Part shown: piece by piece, positions 51,780 through 63,004 of the stretch | How the letters are laid out: every line of letters begins with the position of its first letter | How positions within the stretch are numbered: position 1 is the stretch's first letter | NCBI GenBank assembly: GCA_034660175.1 | Contig: JAYEIQ010000006.1 | Span: 10,201-74,200 of the forward strand | From: Patescibacteria group bacterium | Lineage (GTDB): Bacteria; Patescibacteriota; Minisyncoccia; Moranbacterales; DUUL01 | Direction: 5' to 3' | Length of the DNA stretch: 64,000 nt | Program-made: the position numbers and the translations under genes | The notes under the pieces: model-generated | Seen by the model: only the letters and a program-made list of their open reading frames with translations | Told to the model about the DNA's origin: nothing | Databases searched by the model: none

Positions 51780-54212
51780 CTACATAACTGTTGTCGCTGC
51801 GACTTTTTCGCCGCTTTTGAGTCTCATGATCTTGACTCCTTGAGTTGATCTTCCAAGAATAGAAATGTCTTTGACTGTGGTTCTGATGATCTGTCCTTTG
51901 TTTGAGCTAGCAATAAGATCTGTCCCTGAAACATCTTCTGTGACGTGAGCAGAAATCAGCCCACCGGTTTTTGAGGTGATGTTGGCTGTTTTGATCCCAC
52001 TTCCTCCTCTTGACTGAACTTTGTATTTTTTTAAGGAAGTTCTTTTGCCGTAGCCTTTCTCGCTGATGACTAGAAGTTCTGGTTTTTTATAGGAATTTCT
52101 AATCACGCTCATGCTGATCACAAAATCATCATTTTTAAGTCTGATCGCTCTGACGCCTGCGGCAGCTCGTCCCATTTGACGAACTTGGGATTCTTTAAAT
52201 CTAATTGATTGTCCATTTTTTGTTGCAATAATAAGGTCATCCTTTGATGAAGTTGTCTCGACCCAACCCAGAGAATCATCTTTTTGAAGTCGGATTGCAA
52301 TGAGACCGGATCGTCTAACCTTTTCAAAATCTTCCAATGGAGTTTTCTTTATTGTCCCATTTACCGTTTGCATGACCATATATCTTGCCTTTGAATCTTT
52401 CGGTATTGTTAGGATTGAGGTGATTTTCTCGCTTGGTGCAATTTGCAGGAAATTCACAATTGCCTGACCCTTGGCGGTTCTTGATGAGGTGGGAATTTCA
52501 TATGTTTTGAGAGAGAACACTTTTCCGGTGTTGGTGAAAAGGAACAACATGTCATGTGTCATTGAGCTGAGAACTTTGTCGACAGCATCACCTTTTTTTA
52601 TCGAACTACCTATCACTCCTGTTCCACCGCGTTTTTGTGTGCGAAAGGTGCCACAAGGGAGTCTTTTGATGTATCCATCTTCAGTCAATGAGATGATTGC
52701 TTCTTCGTTTGCTATAAGATCTTCTTGGGAAAAATCCCCAACAGCGCCTTTGATAATTGCTGTCTTTCTTGGTGTGCCATATTTCTCTTGCAACTCAAAG
52801 AGTTCTTTTTTTATTATGTTCAAAATCTTTTTAGGACTTTTCAGAATATCTTCAAGTTTTTTGATCAACTTTTTTTTCTCTTCAAGCTCATCTTCAATTT
52901 TCTTTCTTTCCAGTCCCGCTAGTGTCTGAAGTTTCATTTCCAGAATTGCTTCAGTCTGAAGGTCTGAAAGAGAAAAGTTTTTAATCAAATTATTGTGAGC
53001 TTCTTCTTTTGTTGGTGATTTTTTGATTGTTGATATGACTTTGTTGATATGATCAAGGGCTTTTTTTAGTCCTTCCAAAATGTGAGCACGTGCCTTCGCT
53101 TTGTTGAGTTCGAATTTCGTTCTTCTGGTGACGATGTTTTGTCTGTGAGAAACAAATTGTTCAATAATCGACTTCAAGTTAAGGATTCTTGGTTCAATCC
53201 CTTCAACAAGCGCAAGCATGTTGAGATGAAAAGTTTTTTGCAACTCTGTTGATGTATAGAGCTTGTTCAAGATTTTTTTTGGAAAGGCATCTTTTTTCAG
53301 GTCAATTACAATGCGGACTCCGTCTTTATCGGATTCATCACGCAGATCTTTGATTCCCATAATTTTTCCATCTTTCACAAGATCTGCAATTTTTGAGACC
53401 AAAGTTGATTTGTTTGTTTGATAGGTGATTTCAGTTATCACAATCTGAAACAAACCTCTCTTTGATTCTACTATATCTGTTTTTGCCCTCGTCACAAGGC
53501 CTCCTCGACCAGTTCTGTATGCTTCAACAATATCTTTTTGGTTGTATAGTGTTCCGCCAGTAGGAAAGTCAGGCGCTTTAATAAACTCAACTAGCTCTTC
53601 AATCGTTATTTCTTTGTTTTCGATATATGCAACAATTCCATCAACTAATTCAGAAAGATTGTGCGGAGGAATATTTGTTGCCATTCCGACTGCAATACCA
53701 ACGGTTCCATTCAAGAGCAATTGAGGAAATTTTGCTGGGAGAAATGATGGCTCTTTTCTTGTTCCGTCATAGTTGTCCACAAAATCAACCGTTTCTTTGT
53801 CAATATCAAAAAGCATTTCTTCTGCTAAAGCTCTCAGGCGTGCCTCTGTGTATCGCATAGCCGCAGGATTGTCACCGTCCATTGATCCAAAGTTTCCTTG
53901 TCCTTCGACAAGCATGTCTCGCAGAGAAAAGTCTTGAGCCATTCGCACCATTGCATAATAAACCGCACTATCACCATGAGGGTGGTATTTTCCCAAAACC
54001 TCTCCAACCACGGTTGCTGACTTGCGGAACTTTGCCGTGTGTTTGAGTCCCAGTCTCCACATTGCATAGAGAATTCTTCTATGGACTGGTTTGAGACCAT
54101 CTCGCACGTCTGGCAGAGCTCTTTGAACAATAACGCTCATTGCATATGACAAATAGGATTCCTCCATTTCTTGAGTGATTGGTCTTTTTTCAATTTTTCC
54201 GATTTCTTCCAT
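51780..54212 (-). CDS. gyrA: DNA gyrase subunit A
   Basis: [29 protein letters not shown] and an active-site Tyr region ([10 protein letters not shown]). C-terminal beta-pinwheel repeats. Confidence 0.95.
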   Translation of the reverse strand: MEEIGKIEKRPITQEMEESYLSYAMSVIVQRALPDVRDGLKPVHRRILYAMWRLGLKHTAKFRKSATVVGEVLGKYHPHGDSAVYYAMVRMAQDFSLRDMLVEGQGNFGSMDGDNPAAMRYTEARLRALAEEMLFDIDKETVDFVDNYDGTRKEPSFLPAKFPQLLLNGTVGIAVGMATNIPPHNLSELVDGIVAYIENKEITIEELVEFIKAPDFPTGGTLYNQKDIVEAYRTGRGGLVTRAKTDIVESKRGLFQIVITEITYQTNKSTLVSKIADLVKDGKIMGIKDLRDESDKDGVRIVIDLKKDAFPKKILNKLYTSTELQKTFHLNMLALVEGIEPRILNLKSIIEQFVSHRQNIVTRRTKFELNKAKARAHILEGLKKALDHINKVISTIKKSPTKEEAHNNLIKNFSLSDLQTEAILEMKLQTLAGLERKKIEDELEEKKKLIKKLEDILKSPKKILNIIKKELFELQEKYGTPRKTAIIKGAVGDFSQEDLIANEEAIISLTEDGYIKRLPCGTFRTQKRGGTGVIGSSIKKGDAVDKVLSSMTHDMLFLFTNTGKVFSLKTYEIPTSSRTAKGQAIVNFLQIAPSEKITSILTIPKDSKARYMVMQTVNGTIKKTPLEDFEKVRRSGLIAIRLQKDDSLGWVETTSSKDDLIIATKNGQSIRFKESQVRQMGRAAAGVRAIRLKNDDFVISMSVIRNSYKKPELLVISEKGYGKRTSLKKYKVQSRGGSGIKTANITSKTGGLISAHVTEDVSGTDLIASSNKGQIIRTTVKDISILGRSTQGVKIMRLKSGEKVAATTVM

Positions 54213-54366
54213 AAAAAAGTATTAAGGTATTACAAGTGATAATCCCCTCCAATTAAACGATAACGATAAAGAAACGTTAGAATTGCAAGTCAAGCGTTGC
54301 AATTAATGTTGGTCAAACGATATTTTTTGATTGACCAAAAAAGTGTTCAAATCTAACTTTTTCTTT

Positions 54367-54681
54367 TCACCAAAATTTCCAAAAAGGTTTTTCTTCTTCT
54401 GTCATTTCAGTTTCATCAGTTGACTCTCCTTCTGATCCTGCGCTATGGTTCTTTACTAGTTCTGTGGTGACTGACTCGCTTTGTCTGAGGGAAGGAAGGT
54501 TTTTTTCAAACTCCTGAGCCATCTTGGTTTGATCTTGACTGTAAGGATTAAAGGCTTCACGAATGTTGAAATTTGCGATTATTAACCAAGCAGAGAAGAT
54601 GAACAATCCAATGATTAATGTTGCAACATAGGCTACTCTTTGTCTGTAATGTTCTGATTTTTCGAGGATTCTCTTCATCAT
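54367..54681 (-). CDS. Small single-transmembrane hypothetical protein
   Basis: A 104-aa ORF with one transmembrane helix and an acidic C-terminus. Confidence 0.3.
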   Translation of the reverse strand: MMKRILEKSEHYRQRVAYVATLIIGLFIFSAWLIIANFNIREAFNPYSQDQTKMAQEFEKNLPSLRQSESVTTELVKNHSAGSEGESTDETEMTEEEKPFWKFW

Positions 54682-54732
54682 TTGATTGGGTTTAAGTTAT
54701 TAGTTTTATATTTTTAATATTTTTCTATCAAA

Positions 54733-55392
54733 TTAACTATTTACAATGTTTAAAATTACAAGTTTGTTTTCAATATCTTCGAGGTCCTTTTTTTTGATGT
54801 TGAGTTTTGACTCGCCATTTGTTTTTGTTCCGAATTCTTTGCAAAAAGCTTTTTCATCTTCTATGTCAACTTTCAAACCTTTGACCTTGTAATGCATAGG
54901 GATTATGATCTTTGGTTCCAGTTGCCCGACGACTTTTTCTGCTTGCTCGGCGTCAATTGTATAAACCCCACCAACAGGAATCATCAAAACATCTATCTTT
55001 CCAATTGCTTCAACTTGAGATTCGCTCAAAAGATGTCCAAGATCACCCAAGTGACAGATTTGCAAATCCTCGCTTTCAATCACAAAAATTGTATTTCGTC
55101 CTCTTTCAGAACCTTTGGAGTTGTCGTGAAAAGAATCAAATCCCTCAATGTGGACGTTTTTGATCGAATATTCTCCGGGTGCATTGACTTCAAAGAAGTC
55201 TCCTTTGAGTAGCGAAGTATTGTTGTGGTCGCTGTGAGAGTGAGACACTGTCACAATATCAGCTTGTCCTTGTGGTGGACGAAGTCCAACTGACTTATCG
55301 AACGGATCTGTAAAAATAATGACTTCTTCATTGCCTCGCTTTGGTTTTGTTTGAATTTTAAAACATGAGTGACCATACCAAGAAATATTCAT
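54733..55392 (-). CDS. MBL-fold metal-dependent hydrolase (UPF0173-like)
   Basis: IIFTDPFD...TVSHSHSDHNN (H-x-H-x-DH motif). Confidence 0.7.
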   Translation of the reverse strand: MNISWYGHSCFKIQTKPKRGNEEVIIFTDPFDKSVGLRPPQGQADIVTVSHSHSDHNNTSLLKGDFFEVNAPGEYSIKNVHIEGFDSFHDNSKGSERGRNTIFVIESEDLQICHLGDLGHLLSESQVEAIGKIDVLMIPVGGVYTIDAEQAEKVVGQLEPKIIIPMHYKVKGLKVDIEDEKAFCKEFGTKTNGESKLNIKKKDLEDIENKLVILNIVNS

Positions 55393-55624
55393 ATCTTTTT
55401 CTTTTTTAGTTCAAGCTACTTATCCCTCCAAATGAAGTCAGATCTTTGTTGAAGATGCTCTTTTATTACTATCTAATCTTATCATATTCAAGTCAGGTTG
55501 TCTATCGGGTATTTTACTGAAAAAGCCTTTTGGCACGGATAAACTATTGTCTCAAATGTTGACTTTTCTTGGATAAAAAAGTAGAATGTCAAGAGTCAGA
55601 TTTCATTTGTCAAATGACCGAAAA

Positions 55625-55698
55625 CGGAGTGTGGTGTAGCGGTAGCACGAGCGCTTTGGGAGCGTTTAGTCTGGGTTCGACTCCCAGCACTCCGACCA
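55625..55698 (+). tRNA. tRNA-Pro (anticodon TGG) with an encoded CCA end
   Basis: Acceptor stem CGGAGTG/CACTCCG, anticodon loop TTTGGGA, T-arm CTGGGTTCGACTCCCAG, 3' ACCA. Confidence 0.8.
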
Positions 55699-55785
55699 AA
55701 TTCGGCTCTGATTCCCAGGGCTTTTTTTGTTGATTTTTTTGTGTCGTGTTGTATTATTGCCCAACAAGTTCTCACCATTTAAAAT

Positions 55786-57039
55786 TTACTTTTCTGCAGC
55801 GTTGGTTCCAGCAGCAAAGCCTGTGCTCCAACAAATCTGAAGATTGAAGCCGCCAGTTGGTCCATCCAAGTCCAAAATTTCTCCGGCAAAAAATAAGTTC
55901 TCTATTTTTCGTGAACGCATCGTCTTGGAATCGACTTCACGGAGATCAACTCCGCCACTAGTAATGATAGCCTGATCGAAACCTGCAAGTTCTTTCACTT
56001 CGAAGGTCAGTTCCTTCAGAAGATGTGCAATCTTCTTTCTTTCGGTTTTGTCTATCGAGTGAAGTTTTTTGTCTGGTTTTATTTGAGAAAGTTTGATGAA
56101 TACGTCAATCATTTTTTTTGGCAATAAAGAGGGCAGATAGTTTTTGAAATCTTTTTTAGCCTCAGTTTCTAAGTCTCTTTGTAGTCGTTTGTCTAGTTTT
56201 GTCCAGTCTAAAGCTGGTTTGAGGTCTATTTTCACAAGAACTTTTCCTTTTCTCAGAAGCTTTCCAATTTCTTTGCTCACATCAAGAACAATTGGACCGC
56301 TGATTCCTTGGTGAGTGAAGAGCATTTCACCGAAACGAGATTGTCGTTTTTTGTTGTCTTGAAAAACATTCAATTGCACATTTTTCAGTGAGAGTCCTTG
56401 CAATTGCTTTGCCCAAGACCCTTTTGTCACAAGTGGCACAAGAGCGGGGGATGGGGGAATGATTGTGTGGCCAAGTTTATTTGTCCATTCATATCCATCA
56501 CCAGTTGATCCAGTCGAGGAATAGCTTTTTCCTCCAGTGCAAATAATGAAATTTTTTGCACAAATTTTTCCTTTTGCAAAGTTCACGCTTTCGATCTTTT
56601 CATCTTTTGTGCTCAATTCCTTGATCTTTTTTCCGCTTTTGATCTCCACATTGAATTTTTGAAGATTGTTTCTGAGCACATCAACAACATCATTTGCATT
56701 ATTGCTGACAGGGAACACTCTTCCGCCACGTTCAGTTTTTGTTTCAAGTCCATTCTGCTTGAAAAAGGTTGTCACATCTTTTGGTCCAAAATTGTTTAAA
56801 GATGAGAAAAGAAATTTTCCATTTTTTCCCAATTTTGATATGAAATCTTGATCAGAATATTTAGCGTTGGTAATGTTGCAGCGTCCTTTTCCAGTCATGA
56901 GCAGTTTTTTTCCAAAAAGTCTGTTTTTTTCGATCAAAACAACGCTTGCACCAAGTTTTGCAGCACGTATTGCGGCCATCATTCCTGCGGGTCCTGCTCC
57001 AATAACAGCGACATCAAATTGTTTGTTTGTTGTTTTCAT
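55786..57039 (-). CDS. HI0933-family (BaiN-like) NAD(P)/FAD-dependent flavoprotein
   Basis: FDVAVIGAGPAGMMAAIRAAKLGASVVLIEKN...GKGRCNITN matches the TIGR00275 family signature. Confidence 0.8.
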   Translation of the reverse strand: MKTTNKQFDVAVIGAGPAGMMAAIRAAKLGASVVLIEKNRLFGKKLLMTGKGRCNITNAKYSDQDFISKLGKNGKFLFSSLNNFGPKDVTTFFKQNGLETKTERGGRVFPVSNNANDVVDVLRNNLQKFNVEIKSGKKIKELSTKDEKIESVNFAKGKICAKNFIICTGGKSYSSTGSTGDGYEWTNKLGHTIIPPSPALVPLVTKGSWAKQLQGLSLKNVQLNVFQDNKKRQSRFGEMLFTHQGISGPIVLDVSKEIGKLLRKGKVLVKIDLKPALDWTKLDKRLQRDLETEAKKDFKNYLPSLLPKKMIDVFIKLSQIKPDKKLHSIDKTERKKIAHLLKELTFEVKELAGFDQAIITSGGVDLREVDSKTMRSRKIENLFFAGEILDLDGPTGGFNLQICWSTGFAAGTNAAEK

Positions 57040-57268
57040 ACAGGTTGTTTGTTGAGTGGTTGTTGTTTCACAAAAACTTTAGATACTGGTCGCTCCAGCA
57101 TGTTGAGAGTGAAGCAAAGAATAAGTTTAGATGTATTTTTGTGATAATGCAAGCTTTTCTATTATTCACTCTAAAAGTTGTTGCTCAGCAACAACTACTC
57201 AACATCATAATAATCAGAAAGTTCTCGAAGAGATTTCTCTGTTTGGTTCTGTGAATAGAGTACCTGGA

Positions 57269-58267
57269 CTAAATTACAAATCCCAATTTTTCTTTCACTT
57301 CTTTCATCTTCTGCTCTGCTTTTGGCGCCAAATGTTCTGTTCCTTGTTCCAGGATCATTTTGACGTCTGCGTCAGGAATCTCATGATATGTTTTTTGGAA
57401 AGGTGAAATGAATTCGATCACTGCCTGAGCCAGGCTTTCCTTGAAATCACCATATCCTTTTCTTTCAAATTCTTGTGCAATATTTATTGGTTGTGAATTT
57501 GTCACCAAGGCAAAGATGTTCAGTAGATTTTTGATAGCGGGTTTATCATCGGAATATTCAATTTCACTTCCACTGTCGGTGACTGCCTTTTTGATCTTTT
57601 CTCTGATCTCATCTGGGCTGTCCAACAGATTAATTTTGTTATATTTGGAATCAGCTGATTTGGACATTTTGTTTTTTGGGTTATCAAGGCCCATGATGCG
57701 CATTCCTTCTTTGACCACGTGAACTTCAGGGATAACAAAAGTATCACCAAAATTGTTGTTGAATCTTTTGGCCAATGTGCGAGCAATTTCTACATGTTGA
57801 GTTTGGTCTTCTCCAACAGGGACCAAATCTGTATCATGTAAAATGATGTCAGCTGCCATGAGCACGGGATAATTTAGGAGACCTGCGGGCACACTTTTTC
57901 CGCTAGTTTTGTCTCTGGAGCCGGTTTTGTCTTTAAATTGGGTCATTTTGAATAATTCTCCGGTTTTGGTAATTGTGTTGAGGATCCACATTAATTCGCT
58001 GTGTTGGGGGAGATGAGATTGAACAAAAATAGTGGCTTTGTCTGGATCGATGCCTGCAGCCAAATATATTTTTGCAACTTCAATTGTTTTCTTTTCCAGC
58101 TCTTGGGGGTCTTGAGGGACAGTGATCGCGTGCAAATCACCAACACAAAAAACTGACTTGTACTCATCTTGTAACTTCACCCAGTTTTTGATCGCACCGA
58201 GATAGTTGCCAATGTGCAAATTTCCGGAAGGCTGAACACCGGAAAAAATTCTTTTTTGATCTGTCAT
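57269..58267 (-). CDS. trpS: Tryptophanyl-tRNA synthetase
   Basis: IFSGVQPSGNLHIGNYLG (HIGH) and KMSKS motifs. The size of 332 aa fits TrpRS. Confidence 0.9.
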   Translation of the reverse strand: MTDQKRIFSGVQPSGNLHIGNYLGAIKNWVKLQDEYKSVFCVGDLHAITVPQDPQELEKKTIEVAKIYLAAGIDPDKATIFVQSHLPQHSELMWILNTITKTGELFKMTQFKDKTGSRDKTSGKSVPAGLLNYPVLMAADIILHDTDLVPVGEDQTQHVEIARTLAKRFNNNFGDTFVIPEVHVVKEGMRIMGLDNPKNKMSKSADSKYNKINLLDSPDEIREKIKKAVTDSGSEIEYSDDKPAIKNLLNIFALVTNSQPINIAQEFERKGYGDFKESLAQAVIEFISPFQKTYHEIPDADVKMILEQGTEHLAPKAEQKMKEVKEKLGFVI

Positions 58268-58512
58268 TTTAAGAGTCCTTTATTTGTTTAATAAAAACTT
58301 ACTGAGTTGTTGATTTTTTCTTTGTTGATTTCGTTTTAATCGTGACGACAAATTTACGCTCAATCAAATAAAGAAAAAACAACAAATCAGTGACTAAAGA
58401 CGTGGAGACAAACATTTATATTCTAATCATAATAAACTTGTTGTCGTTTTGCAACAAAACAGTTCATTTTAGGGATTGGTTGTGTTACAATAATATCGAA
58501 ACTAACACATAT

Positions 58513-59634
58513 ATGTATAAAAACATGGATCAACAAATAAACCCAGAAAAAAACGTTCCACAAACAAGTTCGTCACAACCAAGCGAATCGTGGACCAGTG
58601 AATACTACAAGGCAATAAAAGCGGGACTCGCAAGAGTGTGGTTGAATAAATACCTTTGGTTTTGGGGAATTTTCATACCTGGAGCAGGTGCCAGTTTCAA
58701 TTTTGGCAGTCAAGGTGAGATGGATGAGGAAGAACTGAGTGGCAAGGCACAAGAGTTTTTTCAGGAAGCAACAGGCTTTCTCTCAGAATACATTATCTGG
58801 ATAGCTCTTGGGGTTTTGGTCCTTCTGCTCATGGGAATTCTGTTTTGGACGTTGTCTGCAGTTGCACGCAGTGGTGTCATTCAAGCACTCGAAGCTTTGC
58901 AAAATCCAAAAGAAGGAGCAACATATGATTTCAAAGGTGTTTGGAGGGCGGGAAAACAACGATTTTTGCAGATCATGTTGATTGACGTCGTGATAGGGTT
59001 TTCGATGTTGCTTATCATGATTGTTTTGGTATCTCCAATTGTTTTGACTTTTTTTCAGGGAAAAGTTTTTGGTGGAATAATGCTAGCGCTGTTGGCTATT
59101 GTGATCTATATCCCGCTTGTTTTGCTGGCAGTATTTTTGAAACAGGTCGGGGCGATTGTTACCACTTTGTCAAAAATGGATGCAGTCAAATCGCTTGAAG
59201 TTTCATATTTCTATGTTAGGGGAAACATTAGGGAGGTCTTGAAGATGCTTCTGTCTTTGGTGGTTCTGGGTGTTGTTCAGGGCATCGCTACGTTCATTGT
59301 GATCTTTCCATTTATTGTGATCGTGATTGGCATTTCACTAATCTTTGTTGGTTTTTCAGGTGGGGACATTTTCTCTGATCCTTTTGGGAATCCTGTGTTG
59401 ATAATTGTTGTTGGTTTCATCGCTTTGTGTTTGGTGGTTTTGCTTTTGGTTATGAAGTCAATCTTCACTTTGTGGTTACAGGACTTATGGATATGGTGGA
59501 CAAAAAGAGTTGGTTCTGTTTTTGTCAAGGAAGCTGATTCACAGGAAACTGTGATTGAACAGTCCGTTAAAGGTGAAGTTTTGACAGGAGTTAAAGAGAA
59601 CAGAGCCGAAGAAACAATCGAAAACTCCAAGTGA
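58513..59634 (+). CDS. Hypothetical polytopic membrane protein. The start is uncertain: the ORF opens at 58390 and Met codons lie at 58513 and 58525.
   Basis: About 6 transmembrane helices and a Gly-zipper-rich C-terminal hydrophilic tail. Confidence 0.4.
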   Translation: MYKNMDQQINPEKNVPQTSSSQPSESWTSEYYKAIKAGLARVWLNKYLWFWGIFIPGAGASFNFGSQGEMDEEELSGKAQEFFQEATGFLSEYIIWIALGVLVLLLMGILFWTLSAVARSGVIQALEALQNPKEGATYDFKGVWRAGKQRFLQIMLIDVVIGFSMLLIMIVLVSPIVLTFFQGKVFGGIMLALLAIVIYIPLVLLAVFLKQVGAIVTTLSKMDAVKSLEVSYFYVRGNIREVLKMLLSLVVLGVVQGIATFIVIFPFIVIVIGISLIFVGFSGGDIFSDPFGNPVLIIVVGFIALCLVVLLLVMKSIFTLWLQDLWIWWTKRVGSVFVKEADSQETVIEQSVKGEVLTGVKENRAEETIENSK

Positions 59635-59657
59635 GATCTATTGAATAAGAAAACAAA

Positions 59658-60632
59658 ATGATAGAAATATTCTTGTGGGCTTTGCTGTTTGTGGCAAGCC
59701 TCTCAATTTTACTCAAAGCATCCAACATTTTCACTGATTCTGCTGAAGAAATAGGCTACTTTTTCAAGTTGCCCGCTTTCGTCATTGGTGTGACCATCGT
59801 TGCTTTTGGAACTTCCTTGCCAGAGCTTATTTCATCAATTTTTGCTGTTATCCAAGGATCTTCAGAAATTGTTAGTGGTAATGTTGTTGGTTCAAATGTC
59901 ACTAATATTTTTCTTGTCTTGGGAGTTGCCGCAATTGTTGCCAAGAAGATCAAAGTGAATCATGAGATCATCAATGTTGATTTGCCAATTTTGATGGCAT
60001 CTGCTTTTTTGTTAGGACTCACGACTTTGGATGGAAAGTTTACTTTTGTTGAAGCACTGCTTTGTCTTGTTGGTCTGACTATCTATCTTTTTCACACAGT
60101 AACGGTTAAGAAAATTGTAGGGAAAGAAGATGATGCCATGGAGAAAGATTTGAAGAAAGAATTTAACGAGATCAAATTCAAAGAATTTCCCGTAAAAAGC
60201 TTGGTGATGCTTTTGGTCAGCATGAGTTTTTTATTTATCGGTGCAAAATATACGATTGATTCTGCAGTGAAACTCTCTGAAATTTTGAATATTGGCAAAG
60301 AAGTGATAGCTGGAACAGTGATTGCTCTTGGAACATCGTTTCCTGAGTTGGCAGTAAGCTTTGCTGGTGCTCGTAGGGGCAAAGCAGACATTGTTGTGGG
60401 AAATGTTTTGGGGTCTAATATTTTCAATTCCTTGGGTGTGATGGGTGTTGCTGGGCTTTTTGGTGTTATTGTAGTTCCAGTGAGTATTTTGACTTTTGGT
60501 TTGCCGATCTTAGTTATTGCAACGATATTGTATCTATTTGTCACACAAGACAAGGAAATCACTCGTTGGGAAGGAAGCTTTTTGATTATTTTGTATATTT
60601 TTTATGTTGGAAAATTGCTTGGGTTTGTATAA
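59658..60632 (+). CDS. Ca2+/cation antiporter (CaCA family, YrbG-like)
   Basis: Two alpha-repeats: GTSLPELISSI...GNVVGSNVTNIF and GTSFPELAVSF...GNVLGSNIFNSL. Confidence 0.8.
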   Translation: MIEIFLWALLFVASLSILLKASNIFTDSAEEIGYFFKLPAFVIGVTIVAFGTSLPELISSIFAVIQGSSEIVSGNVVGSNVTNIFLVLGVAAIVAKKIKVNHEIINVDLPILMASAFLLGLTTLDGKFTFVEALLCLVGLTIYLFHTVTVKKIVGKEDDAMEKDLKKEFNEIKFKEFPVKSLVMLLVSMSFLFIGAKYTIDSAVKLSEILNIGKEVIAGTVIALGTSFPELAVSFAGARRGKADIVVGNVLGSNIFNSLGVMGVAGLFGVIVVPVSILTFGLPILVIATILYLFVTQDKEITRWEGSFLIILYIFYVGKLLGFV

Positions 60633-60693
60633 CTGCAAGAGGTGACGTTTGCTTGGAGTATGCTCCAGGCAAAACAAAAACAAAATAAAAAAA

Positions 60694-60720
60694 GGCACGG
60701 AAGTTTCCGTGCCCTTTTTT
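60694..60720. terminator. Bidirectional rho-independent terminator between convergent genes
   Basis: GGCACGG-AAGTTT-CCGTGCC with an A-run upstream and a T-run downstream. Confidence 0.65.
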
Positions 60721-60755
60721 GTTATGGTTATTTTATAAACCAAAACAATGATTGT

Positions 60756-62327
60756 TTAATTTACGTGAGTGCTGAGTTGCGTTGCAGTACCAACACCAGA
60801 GAAGGTGTAAAATCTTCTAGGATTTGCATTGCAATAAGTTTGCAATGCAGAAATTGTTTTTGCTCCTGTGTGAGATATCGCAATTTGCATCGCTTCTTTG
60901 TCCTTTCGCATGCACTTTCTGGTTGGTCCTCTATGAAGAACTTTTCCAGCTATCCCTTCAGGAACTGTTTTTCTGTGTCCCTTCTGAATGTAGCGATCGT
61001 CCAACCTCTTTTTTAAAGCTTCAGGAGAGGCCATTCCTTCATAGTCAACATAATCTTCACCCTCTCTTCTTTTTTGGCCGGAGATCGATTCGGAAAATGC
61101 GACCACCCACTTTCCAGCCATTACTCCGTCGGCTCCTGCTCCAAGGGCAACAACGGCTTGACCAGTTCCTGGAATTCCGCCATCCGCGATTATTGCAGCA
61201 GCATATTTGCCAGACTTTTTTAGTTGCAATTTTGTATATGCTGCTTCTCGCAGATTGGTGAATAGGGGAACACCAATTCCAGTTAGATTTGAGGTTGTGC
61301 AGATGGATCCGCAGCCAATACCAAACTTGACGGCATCAACTTTTGCTCCACCAACTTCGAGCATGCACATTTTGACATAGCCATCAACATCGGCAACATT
61401 GCCAGAAATAACTGTTGGTTTCGTGATGTCTCTTTTTTTTGCAAAATGGGCGACAGTTTCCAAGACACTTGCTGTTTGAGATAGCACTTCTTTGCAATTT
61501 CCATGACTTGTGTCGACAACAACAGAGCCAACGCCCATTTCAAGAGCGGGAATTAATCGTTGATTGATGTCTTCGGGTGAGGCTCCAATAGACATCCCAA
61601 CTAGTGGTCTGTCATTGAAAGTTGTTTGATTTTCAGCCAATACGTCTTTCATGAAATAGAGGCCATAGAACTTTCTGTTTTTATCGACAAGAGGAAGAAC
61701 GTTACAATATGGTTCCTTGATTAACCTTTCTTTGATCTCGGCAAACGGTGTACCGACATACGCAACTTTCAGATCTTGGAATTTCACCATCCATTTTTTT
61801 ATTGGTTCCTGGGCGTGTTTTTCATTGAAAGCAATGTTGTCAGTGAAAACCAGCCCACTCAAAAGTCCTTTATTGGTGAGTACTGGAATGACGCTGCGGC
61901 TGTGTCTAGACAAAATTCTTTCAGCTGTCGCAACCTTGTCACCGAGGCGTACTAATTTTGGTGTTCCAACCAGACAGTTTTCAGCATTCAAAGCTTGCTC
62001 TATCCAGTCCAACTGAATTTGAGGACTTGGTTCGCGGAATATAGTTCCGACTGCTCCACATTGTCCAGCGTGAATTGCAAGCAAGCCATCGGTTACTGTA
62101 CTCATTGGTGCTGTGATGAGAGGGAAGTTGAGTTGCATGTTTCCGATCGTTGTGCTCAAATCAACTTCGTGAGGCAGAATGTCTGAGTATCCAGGCATGA
62201 TCTTTATTTCATCAAGAGTCATCCCAATTTCAGGCATTGTCACGAAAGGTAATCTAAAGATGTTTGGATATAAGTTTTCATAGATTTCGTTAACGAACTG
62301 ATTGGGGTTGAAGTTTCTGTTTGCCAT
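60756..62327 (-). CDS. guaB: Inosine-5'-monophosphate dehydrogenase with a CBS pair
   Basis: Catalytic loop FGIGCGSICTTSNLTGIGVP and NADPH/IMP-binding barrel motifs. The start was taken at MANRNF (62327). Confidence 0.85.
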   Translation of the reverse strand: MANRNFNPNQFVNEIYENLYPNIFRLPFVTMPEIGMTLDEIKIMPGYSDILPHEVDLSTTIGNMQLNFPLITAPMSTVTDGLLAIHAGQCGAVGTIFREPSPQIQLDWIEQALNAENCLVGTPKLVRLGDKVATAERILSRHSRSVIPVLTNKGLLSGLVFTDNIAFNEKHAQEPIKKWMVKFQDLKVAYVGTPFAEIKERLIKEPYCNVLPLVDKNRKFYGLYFMKDVLAENQTTFNDRPLVGMSIGASPEDINQRLIPALEMGVGSVVVDTSHGNCKEVLSQTASVLETVAHFAKKRDITKPTVISGNVADVDGYVKMCMLEVGGAKVDAVKFGIGCGSICTTSNLTGIGVPLFTNLREAAYTKLQLKKSGKYAAAIIADGGIPGTGQAVVALGAGADGVMAGKWVVAFSESISGQKRREGEDYVDYEGMASPEALKKRLDDRYIQKGHRKTVPEGIAGKVLHRGPTRKCMRKDKEAMQIAISHTGAKTISALQTYCNANPRRFYTFSGVGTATQLSTHVN

Positions 62328-62530
62328 TAAACGTTCTCCCTTTTGAGATTTGAAGATGATTGATAGTTGACTTATTGACAAGGTGCTTTGTTTTTTAGAA
62401 AAAGGCAAAACACCTCCAGAAGAGGTGTCTATGCTTTTCGCTATGTTATTGGTGTTTTGACCTTTTGTCAAGTTGTGATCATTTCAACAAAAAACGTTCC
62501 CAAGCAAACCCGGAGATATTTTCTGTAATG

Positions 62531-62604
62531 TGGGCGCTATAGGACTCGAACCTATGACCCTCTCGGTGTAAACGAGATGCTCTAGCCAACTGAGCTAAGC
62601 GCCC
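62531..62604 (-). tRNA. tRNA-Val (anticodon TAC)
   Basis: The reverse complement reads GGGCGCTTAGCTCAGTTGGCTAGAGCATCTCGTTTACACCGAGAGGGTCATAGGTTCGAGTCCTATAGCGCCCA. Confidence 0.8.
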
Positions 62605-62707
62605 GATAAAATATTATATCAAATATAATATCAAAAAAACAGAATACTAAATAGAGAATAATCGTGAAGCGAAGTTGGAAACTGCCTGCCCCGTAGCACT
62701 TTGTGTG

Positions 62708-62790
62708 TGGGGACGGAGAGACTTGAACTCTCATGCTCATACGAGCCACGGCCCTCAACCGTGTGTGTATACCAATTCCACCACGTCCCC
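62708..62790 (-). tRNA. tRNA-Leu (anticodon GAG) with a long variable arm
   Basis: The reverse complement reads GGGGACGTGGTGGAATTGGTA...CACGGTTGAGGGCCGTG...GAGTTCAAGTCTCTCCGTCCCCA. Confidence 0.8.
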
Positions 62791-63004
62791 AGTGATTTAT
62801 ATTGTAATGAATAACAGCATTAAGTAATATTTTGAGTGTAGACAGAAAGTGCTACGGGGTGAATATACCAATTCCACCATATCCTCGAACTAAATTTTTA
62901 ATTTACAATTTTTAATTTTAAATGAAGCTCAGGGCTTTCAAAATCAAACAGCGTTTTCCAGTGCAAAAACTATCAACATTTAATTCTTTTGGAATAGGTA
63001 AGAC

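Noticed and set aside
55700-55785. Possible terminator after tRNA-Pro or after the HI0933 gene
   Set aside because: A T-run is present (CCCAGGGCTTTTTTTG) but no convincing stem precedes it.
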